From a virus (lineage: Duplodnaviria > Caudoviricetes), in the IMG/VR virus record IMGVR_UViG_3300030433_001574, positions 32,001 to 96,000 of that record: a DNA stretch of 64,000 nt. One strand, given 5' to 3'. The notes beneath the pieces were generated by a model. That model saw only the letters and a program-made list of their open reading frames with translations. It was not told where the DNA came from and did no database searches. Made by a program: the position numbers and the translations under genes. The number at the start of each line of letters is the position of its first letter. The first letter of the stretch is position 1. Shown here in pieces: positions 57,999-64,000 of the stretch.

Positions 57999-59863
57999 AC
58001 TCGCCCACTCCCTCTACCAACAAGAGCGCCGGGGTCAAGCCCGAAGTCTCGTGGTTCATTGTTTACATCTTCCGTAGCGCCTTCGTTTCGATTTGTTTGC
58101 TTTGGACTGTTGGCTGGATAATTTGGTAGTGTGCTCGCTGCACCAGCGGTGTCAGGTTCACCCTTACCCTTCTTTTTGCTGTCCTTGTCTTTCTTTTCAC
58201 GCATCAGTTCACGAATCTCTTTGAGAGCAATTCGCATCAATGCTGCTTGATATGCATTGGCTTTGAGAATGTCACTGTGTTGAGGAATGTCCTCACTCAT
58301 TGTAATCATACTCGGCATCTTAGGTCGTGCTAAGTGTGGTCGCTTGAGTTGCGGTGGCACAATGCTTGGCGCACGAACTGGTCGAAGTCGTGGTCTTGGG
58401 ACACGAGGGTATTGGAGTGTGTTGGTCAAGCGACCACCACCCGTATCACCAGCGATATACGAGCGTTGGCTGTGACGCATGTGTGGTGTGTATACTGTTC
58501 TTACACCGCCCAAGAGTTTACGAGCATCTTGTGAAGCGAGATAGGGTCTGTATTGTTGAGGGTCTTTTGATGGAGGTTGCTTGCTGGCAAGACCTCGGTG
58601 AGAGAACTCAACAGAAAGATGTGGCCTCATTAGCCCAGTTTTACGCCCCAGTGGTAGGTTACGACTGATGTTCTTGGAACGTCTTGACGTGATGTTTCGT
58701 GGGTCGCCTCCACCTTTTGGCTTCTCAAACTGACCAGTAGATGGTCGCCATTTAGCGTAGCCTTCTTTCTTGCGTCGTCGCTTTACGGAGCGCTTTGACT
58801 CTTTTTTTTTAATCGTGTCCGATTTGAGCAATTGCCAAGCGATGTCCATAGGCTCGCTCGCATATTTCATTTGAAAATTATGTTCACTTTGAGGTGTGGG
58901 TGTGAAAGGAGGTGCAAGTTGCTCGATAAATCCCACACCTTTAGGATAGGGGAATGCATCAAAAACAGATTCGTTATCAGGCATTATGTTGCGTAAATCT
59001 TTTGTTGCATTATTTTCAAACTCGACAGCATCTTTTATGTTGTCAAGGGTTAATCCTTGAGCAAAACGAGCCATAGCCTCACGCTCTCCTCCAAATTCGC
59101 TTCTTGCGTCTTTATAGGAATTGATGTAGTTTTGAGCCGCCTCCGCACCAGCATTTTCCAAAATATACTGATACACCTCATTTGGGTCTAATGGTTCTCC
59201 AAAGTATGTCGAATGGTCATGGTTAGAAACCTCATCATGAGTATCTGCTACTCTTTCACCAAACATCTCCTCAAGCATATATGCGGGAGGGTGATTCATA
59301 CGATAGTATTCAGCCAATCTATCCATAGCCCTTTTTCTTTCTTCATTTTTAAGTTCAGGATTATCGCCAGCAAATCTTGCTCGGTCTATCTCATAATCTG
59401 TCATTTCTGACATATCACGCTTTAGCAAATTACTCCAAGCATTATCCATAGGCTCAGACATCTGAACCATCTGACCGCCAGCAGCACCCGGCCCTTTTGC
59501 TCCCATAGCAAGACTGGTAAGGAAACCACCAGCACCTGATGGCATTGTTTGATTTGCTGGATTATCAGTAGAACCACGAGGCTTGAACTTCTCCTCTTCC
59601 TCTTCTACTGGCTCATCAGGTTTTTCGCCATCAATACCAAGATGATGTCTACGGACTTTGATGTGACGGATTTTGTTGTCCTCTTTCTCTTCTCGTTCAC
59701 GCTTGGCTTGCTTCTTGTCCTTGCGCTTTTCCTTGTCTTTGGCATCTTCGACACCGCTGGGTGGACGCTCATCTTCATGATTCGCCCTGAACATCTCGGA
59801 GGATTCTGAGCGAGGATTATACATCCTCGTGTCAGAGGTTCGACCCATCATCCCCTCCGTCAT
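57995..59863 (-). CDS. Basic/low-complexity protein with a duplicated SEPMDxAWx(1-2)LLK motif
   Basis: SEPMDNAWSNLLKR and SEPMDIAWQLLKS; K/R-rich tracts. Confidence 0.7.
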   Translation of the reverse strand: MTEGMMGRTSDTRMYNPRSESSEMFRANHEDERPPSGVEDAKDKEKRKDKKQAKREREEKEDNKIRHIKVRRHHLGIDGEKPDEPVEEEEEKFKPRGSTDNPANQTMPSGAGGFLTSLAMGAKGPGAAGGQMVQMSEPMDNAWSNLLKRDMSEMTDYEIDRARFAGDNPELKNEERKRAMDRLAEYYRMNHPPAYMLEEMFGERVADTHDEVSNHDHSTYFGEPLDPNEVYQYILENAGAEAAQNYINSYKDARSEFGGEREAMARFAQGLTLDNIKDAVEFENNATKDLRNIMPDNESVFDAFPYPKGVGFIEQLAPPFTPTPQSEHNFQMKYASEPMDIAWQLLKSDTIKKKESKRSVKRRRKKEGYAKWRPSTGQFEKPKGGGDPRNITSRRSKNISRNLPLGRKTGLMRPHLSVEFSHRGLASKQPPSKDPQQYRPYLASQDARKLLGGVRTVYTPHMRHSQRSYIAGDTGGGRLTNTLQYPRVPRPRLRPVRAPSIVPPQLKRPHLARPKMPSMITMSEDIPQHSDILKANAYQAALMRIALKEIRELMREKKDKDSKKKGKGEPDTAGAASTLPNYPANSPKQTNRNEGATEDVNNEPRDFGLDPGALVGRGSGRV

Positions 59864-60261
59864 GAATTATCCCCCACGATATGATGTTCAAAACATTGTC
59901 GCAACTTTTGCGCCATTTTTCTATAGAACGATGCTACTCTTGGACTGTCTTGGAATGCATGTGTCATGTTCTCAATTGTGTGCTCAAACTCTTCAAGCAA
60001 ACGAGGAATGAGTTCGTAAGCAGGGAAAAATGTCACAGGGTCGTCATCCTCAAACACTGTCTCAAACGATTTCGCCAGCAACTTGAACAAGTCAGGTGGT
60101 GTAACGTCCAACTCACCATAGTGTTCAAATCGCTTTGTGACACAACGGCAAAAATCAAGATACACTGGAACAGCGTTTTCAGAGATTGGTCGGTCACACT
60201 CTACGAATGTAAACGCAGGGTGCGTCATTTGCAATAAGTCAGGAACTGGAACTGGCATCAA
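59860..60261 (-). CDS. Hypothetical protein
   Basis: Coupled overlaps on both sides; GGTGA SD. Confidence 0.6.
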   Translation of the reverse strand: MMPVPVPDLLQMTHPAFTFVECDRPISENAVPVYLDFCRCVTKRFEHYGELDVTPPDLFKLLAKSFETVFEDDDPVTFFPAYELIPRLLEEFEHTIENMTHAFQDSPRVASFYRKMAQKLRQCFEHHIVGDNS

Positions 60262-60941
60262 TTCATATCACCTGCGTGTTCCAATAACGACTCACGGATT
60301 CTCGCCCATGAGTCAGGGCTTTCTTTTCCAAGTTCGACTTTGAGAATGTTAATCGTGTTATTGACTTGACTGTTCTCAGATGTAGGACTCCATTGTTCGT
60401 TCATCTTTAGCAAGTCCTTTATTGACTCTCTGACTTCTTTGTGCAGTGACACTGCATCTTTGACGAAACCATCTTCATGAACACTGCCCTCATTGAGCAG
60501 TTCAGACAATTTATGGTTGAGCAATTCGACGTTTGACCTGAGTGCATTTATCTCTTCTCCTACGACTAATGTTATTTCAGCAGCGGCGCTTCTTTGAACT
60601 AACGGTTGAAAGTGATGTTTCATGTGATGGTATACCGATGCTTCAGAGATGCCAAGTTCTTCAGCAATAGCCTCTGACTCAGCACCGTCATTGAAGAATC
60701 GACGCTCAAAGTCGGCTCTTTCAACGTGAGCGCATACCTTGCATTGAGGATTTGATGCCATGTGGTATTGACCCATGTGATTGCGAAAGTGGCGGTCTGT
60801 CGTATTGAGTCGCCAGCCCATGTCTTTGTCGAGTTGTTTTGGTGATATTTCACCATCCAGTAGTCCTTTTTCTAAGTCAGCACGACTCGGATGCTGGCAC
60901 AAAGGGCAAGACCTTTTTGTGATAGCACCGCCCTCCGCCAT
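60258..60941 (-). CDS. Putative terminase small subunit / DNA-binding protein with tandem Zn-HTH repeats
   Basis: Two CxxC-H...HTH...HxxxH units, then a coiled coil and N.TINI tail; first gene of the packaging operon. Confidence 0.55.
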   Translation of the reverse strand: MAEGGAITKRSCPLCQHPSRADLEKGLLDGEISPKQLDKDMGWRLNTTDRHFRNHMGQYHMASNPQCKVCAHVERADFERRFFNDGAESEAIAEELGISEASVYHHMKHHFQPLVQRSAAAEITLVVGEEINALRSNVELLNHKLSELLNEGSVHEDGFVKDAVSLHKEVRESIKDLLKMNEQWSPTSENSQVNNTINILKVELGKESPDSWARIRESLLEHAGDMN

Positions 60942-61000
60942 GACACGCTTAAAGCAACATTACCCATAACCCTTTTTCTTCTGAACCTCTTCGTAGTAAC

Positions 61001-61276
61001 ATGCTCCCACCATACGAGAGAGTTCCAAAACAACCTCTCAAGAAACGTGGAAAAGACTTGCTCAAGGCTTCAAAAGACGCACTGCAAGGTCGTAGAGTTT
61101 CAACGTCAGAATACATGGAGCGACTGGACAAATGCTACAGTTGTCCTTACATGCAAAAACGAATGGGGACTTGCCAACTCTGTAGTTGCGTTATGAAAAT
61201 CAAAGCCCTCGCACCCTCGGTTGGGTGTCCAATAGGAAAGTGGTTACCGAGTGATTCGGGAGTAAAGCGTGGTTAA
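61001..61276 (+). CDS. Small Cys-rich protein
   Basis: ERLDKCYSC...CQLCSC.M..K......CP.GKW pattern; divergent from the packaging operon. Confidence 0.7.
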   Translation: MLPPYERVPKQPLKKRGKDLLKASKDALQGRRVSTSEYMERLDKCYSCPYMQKRMGTCQLCSCVMKIKALAPSVGCPIGKWLPSDSGVKRG

Positions 61277-61483
61277 GAAAATAAGCGCTCCAAAGATGCC
61301 TACAACGAAAACGCTAACGTCTCCGCTACTCATTTCATCTCCTTTGAAAACCAAAATAGACACACCAGCGATAATCACAGAGATGAACTGAACCATTATC
61401 ATCTCAACAATGATGTTTCGACTCGGAGCAAAAATCGAACTGCTCGCCTGACTCAATTTTATTCCATAATCACTTGGTTGCAT
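61244..61483 (-). CDS. Two-TM membrane protein
   Basis: Hydrophobic segments IIVEMIMVQFISVIIAGVSILVF and VSVFVVGIFGALIFLTTLY; GAGGTGA SD. Confidence 0.7.
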   Translation of the reverse strand: MQPSDYGIKLSQASSSIFAPSRNIIVEMIMVQFISVIIAGVSILVFKGDEMSSGDVSVFVVGIFGALIFLTTLYSRITR

Positions 61484-61492
61484 TCTATCACC

Positions 61493-62158
61493 TCAGTTTC
61501 TTGGTAGCCCAATAAGACCACGAGCAACGCTACCAATACCGCTACCCACTTTTTGCATTGTTCCTTCATCAGCCATAGCCGCTGCCAAAGCACCACCCAT
61601 CATTGACTGTTGAGACATAGCCATAATTTGCTGACGTTGCATTTCAGCCTCTTGGAATTTTTGATTGCTCTGAGCCGTCATGTTGTTGAGAATCATGCTA
61701 ACATTCTCAGCGCTCAGTGTTTGTAAATCAGATGGCAGTGTAGCAGGGTCAAGTTTCATGACACCAGTATCTTCGTCCAATGAGAATGAGGCGTTTTTCA
61801 ATATGTTGAGTAAACTAAGGCTGGTTGTAGCGGCAACCAACTCTATGAGTGTTTGAAGCCCACCATCTCTGATGAAACGATGAATTGGGTTTTGTGATTG
61901 TAGCAAAGCCGACAAAAGTTCCATCTCACTCGGCGGAGCAAACTGTCCGTTTTGCATCATCATTTGTTGTTGCGGAGTCATACCCATACCACCCATCATT
62001 CCACTCATGAATGGATTTGATTGCTGCTGTTGCTGAGCACCAAGAGAAAAACCGTTTTGAGCACCAGTGCCTGTGGTTATCTGACTAATGCTACCGCCAC
62101 CTGTTTGAGACAGGTTAAAACCACTTTGCTGAGGTTGTTGGTTACCAAAGTTGAACAT
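61493..62158 (-). CDS. Q/G/M/F low-complexity protein with an amphipathic C-terminus
   Basis: FNFGNQQ..GFNL..GFSLG..NPF; C-terminal KVGSGIGSVARGLIG. Confidence 0.7.
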   Translation of the reverse strand: MFNFGNQQPQQSGFNLSQTGGGSISQITTGTGAQNGFSLGAQQQQQSNPFMSGMMGGMGMTPQQQMMMQNGQFAPPSEMELLSALLQSQNPIHRFIRDGGLQTLIELVAATTSLSLLNILKNASFSLDEDTGVMKLDPATLPSDLQTLSAENVSMILNNMTAQSNQKFQEAEMQRQQIMAMSQQSMMGGALAAAMADEGTMQKVGSGIGSVARGLIGLPRN

Positions 62159-62162
62159 CGTA

Positions 62163-63095
62163 TCAAACCTCCCCAGTGCCTAATCCACCATCAAGGTTCT
62201 GTTGCATTTTAGCGTTTTCAACATTAAGCAACTCTTGAAACGCTTGCGTCGGCATGTTCATTTGTTGCAACTCCATTTGGAAGATACGCAAATCAAAAAC
62301 CACCATCGTAACGTCGTTCTGTCCAGTTGCTGGATTTGCATAATGAAGGATATTGATGCCCTTTGTTTTACCTGAATCTCTTTCCAACTCAGCAAAAAAT
62401 GGTTCATACTTCTGTAGCATGGCTGGTGTAGGGTCGTTTTTCTTGACAGATGAAATAGGAACTGTCACAATTGACACACCTCTTTTCACTTTATCACGAA
62501 GGCGATTTGGATTCATCTCGTTTTGTTTGTCCTCTTCGGCCTCCCACTTGTTCAAAAGATGGTAAAGATGCATATGCTCAGGACAGTATGTGCCACGCAT
62601 TTTCTTACCACTGGTAACTCTGTCCTGAGCGATAAATGCTTCAGGCTGCCCTGTTACTGGGTTTTGCCAATACATCTCCCATAGAGAGCGACCTGTTTCT
62701 TCATCGCTGATTTTCATGTAGAGATTATCATGTTGAATCAAATTTGCACAGTTACACCCATCGACAACGCACGTTCCCGTATCTTTGTTGTAACGATACT
62801 TTCGACCTAACGCCCATCGGAACGGGTTTATCCAAGAACGCTTTGCTGGTTGGAGAAGTTTGTATGCTTGCTTGATGTCTTTACGACGAGCCTTCTTTGG
62901 GTCAGGATGACGTGATGGGTAAAAATTGACTTTGGGAACTTCGATGTTTTGAGCAGCGGCAACCTCTTGCATACCTTGTTGAGCCATCAACATCTCTTGA
63001 AGAGCCGCCTGAGTAAGTTGATTGTTACCTTGTGCAGCGAGTATAGCAAGTTCGGCTTCAGTTAGATTCTGTTGAGGTCTGTTCCATGACATCAC
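62163..63095 (-). CDS. Hypothetical protein with a putative Zn site
   Basis: CVVDGC...YCPEH; Q-rich termini; ATGA-type coupling to the AbrB gene. Confidence 0.7.
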   Translation of the reverse strand: MMSWNRPQQNLTEAELAILAAQGNNQLTQAALQEMLMAQQGMQEVAAAQNIEVPKVNFYPSRHPDPKKARRKDIKQAYKLLQPAKRSWINPFRWALGRKYRYNKDTGTCVVDGCNCANLIQHDNLYMKISDEETGRSLWEMYWQNPVTGQPEAFIAQDRVTSGKKMRGTYCPEHMHLYHLLNKWEAEEDKQNEMNPNRLRDKVKRGVSIVTVPISSVKKNDPTPAMLQKYEPFFAELERDSGKTKGINILHYANPATGQNDVTMVVFDLRIFQMELQQMNMPTQAFQELLNVENAKMQQNLDGGLGTGEV

Positions 63096-63289
63096 GCTAT
63101 CACGACCTGCTCAGTCGTAGGAGTCATGACTACAACAATGTGTCCCTCTTGAACGACAAATTTCCAATCTACGCTGTCACCAGCGGTCAAGCCAAAATGC
63201 TCAACAATCCACATTGGCACAGTTGTTCTGAGACTACGACTACCGCCACCAGTAGAGACGAGTGTTGTTGAAGAGTTCTTGCCTGTCAT
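63092..63289 (-). CDS. AbrB/MazE/SpoVT-family DNA-binding protein
   Basis: SLRTTVP.WIVEHFGLTAGD.V.W swapped-hairpin pattern. Confidence 0.8.
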   Translation of the reverse strand: MTGKNSSTTLVSTGGGSRSLRTTVPMWIVEHFGLTAGDSVDWKFVVQEGHIVVVMTPTTEQVVIA

Positions 63290-63344
63290 AATTACACCGA
63301 AACCATTGTTATTGAAAAGGCTACCTATGGGGTCATTTTTTGGG

Positions 63345-64000
63345 TCATGAGGTAAGTAGACTCACCATTGTCTTCTCAACATTCCATCCAATTCTTGTTG
63401 CCATAAACGACCTGCGAGTGGGAATACCTGCTTTCTGTAACCTGATTAAGTCATCTCTGAACGGGTCGAATATCTTATGTTCACCTATGCGACCATCGTG
63501 CCAAAGTTTTGAAGCGGTTTCATCAAAGAAACGGTCAGCCTTGTTTGCAACCAGCATGATAACTCTTGGATGATACTTTCTTCCCTTAAGTCTCGACCAA
63601 AGAGAACGATAGCGATAATTTCGTTTAATGAGGCAATCAACAAGATAACGAAACCCTGCTATTTGCTGAAGACCTTCATCTCCTCCTTTGAAGGCTCGAT
63701 GGTCGAACATGTAAACAATGGCCTCGCATTTACGAGTTACCATGTCTTCAATCCAAAGATTCCAAAAACGCTCTTGTCCTCCTATGTCGGCTGAATAAAC
63801 AACTCGCTTTTCGCCTTGCCAAGATACTCTCTTTCTCGTTGGCTTTGGCATTTTGAATTTACCAATTTTGAGAATACGAGAGTGTGTTGTTCGCTCGTCT
63901 TCAGGTATCTCTTCCATTTCACCGGGCGTGGTGAGATAACGGTCAAGCGTTGTCTTACCAACCATTGGTGCTCCATAAACACCAACTCTTCGTGGCTTAT
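63345..64000 (-). CDS. Ras/Arf-like small GTPase (5' end beyond the window)
   Basis: Frame is open to the window edge: RVGVYGAPMVGKTT (G1), T (G2), DIGGQ (G3), LVANKAD (G4), MAT..G.NV (G5). Confidence 0.88.
   Translation of the reverse strand, partial: KPRRVGVYGAPMVGKTTLDRYLTTPGEMEEIPEDERTTHSRILKIGKFKMPKPTRKRVSWQGEKRVVYSADIGGQERFWNLWIEDMVTRKCEAIVYMFDHRAFKGGDEGLQQIAGFRYLVDCLIKRNYRYRSLWSRLKGRKYHPRVIMLVANKADRFFDETASKLWHDGRIGEHKIFDPFRDDLIRLQKAGIPTRRSFMATRIGWNVEKTMVSLLTS

Larger units (their letters stand above)
1..64000. mobile_element. Genome segment of a tailed archaeal virus, probably a Poseidoniales/MGII 'magrovirus' with non-contractile tail
   Basis: TerL, portal, prohead protease, HK97-type MCP, tail tube and TMP occur with archaeal-type primase, XPF, MCM-like helicase and thermosome. 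Many starts are preceded by GGTGA/GGAG. No block of cellular housekeeping genes or integrase is seen. Host is inferred from gene content. Confidence 0.9.

Noticed and set aside
58802-58810. A9 run (- strand) as a slippage or phase-variation site
   Set aside because: It is in-frame Lys codons in a Lys-rich tract, with no evident alternative product

Overview
This 64 kb window is most of the genome of a tailed (Caudoviricetes, HK97-fold) archaeal dsDNA virus. The group II chaperonin, archaeo-eukaryotic primase, XPF nuclease, MCM-like helicase and recurring GGTGA Shine-Dalgarno motifs fit a marine Poseidoniales (MGII) virus ('magrovirus'); this host assignment is inferred, not proven. Positions 1-6773 (+) are a replication/repair and chaperonin operon. 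Positions 6757-60941 (-) are one long morphogenesis block: putative TerS, a run of large low-complexity genes, TerL, an HMG-CoA lyase, a LAGLIDADG protein, portal, further putative internal head proteins (one with a catalytically dead DNA ligase domain), protease-scaffold, major capsid protein, adaptor, tail tube, chaperones, a short tape measure, a 5976-aa tail protein, hub and fibre. No sheath was recognised. Positions 61244-64000 (-) hold a Ras-like small GTPase, an AbrB regulator and membrane-associated proteins. The best candidates for undescribed biology are: (1) a set of head proteins punctuated by a shared hydrophobic-x-K|[SAGE] motif that brackets discrete domains such as the dead ligase, suggesting protease-processed virion polyproteins; (2) the viral small-GTPase/membrane module; (3) an unlisted TFS/TFIIS-like zinc ribbon lacking the catalytic DE tip; (4) an HMG-CoA lyase inside the packaging genes. 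No tRNA, rRNA or CRISPR array was seen. All calls come from manual motif reading, with no database searches.
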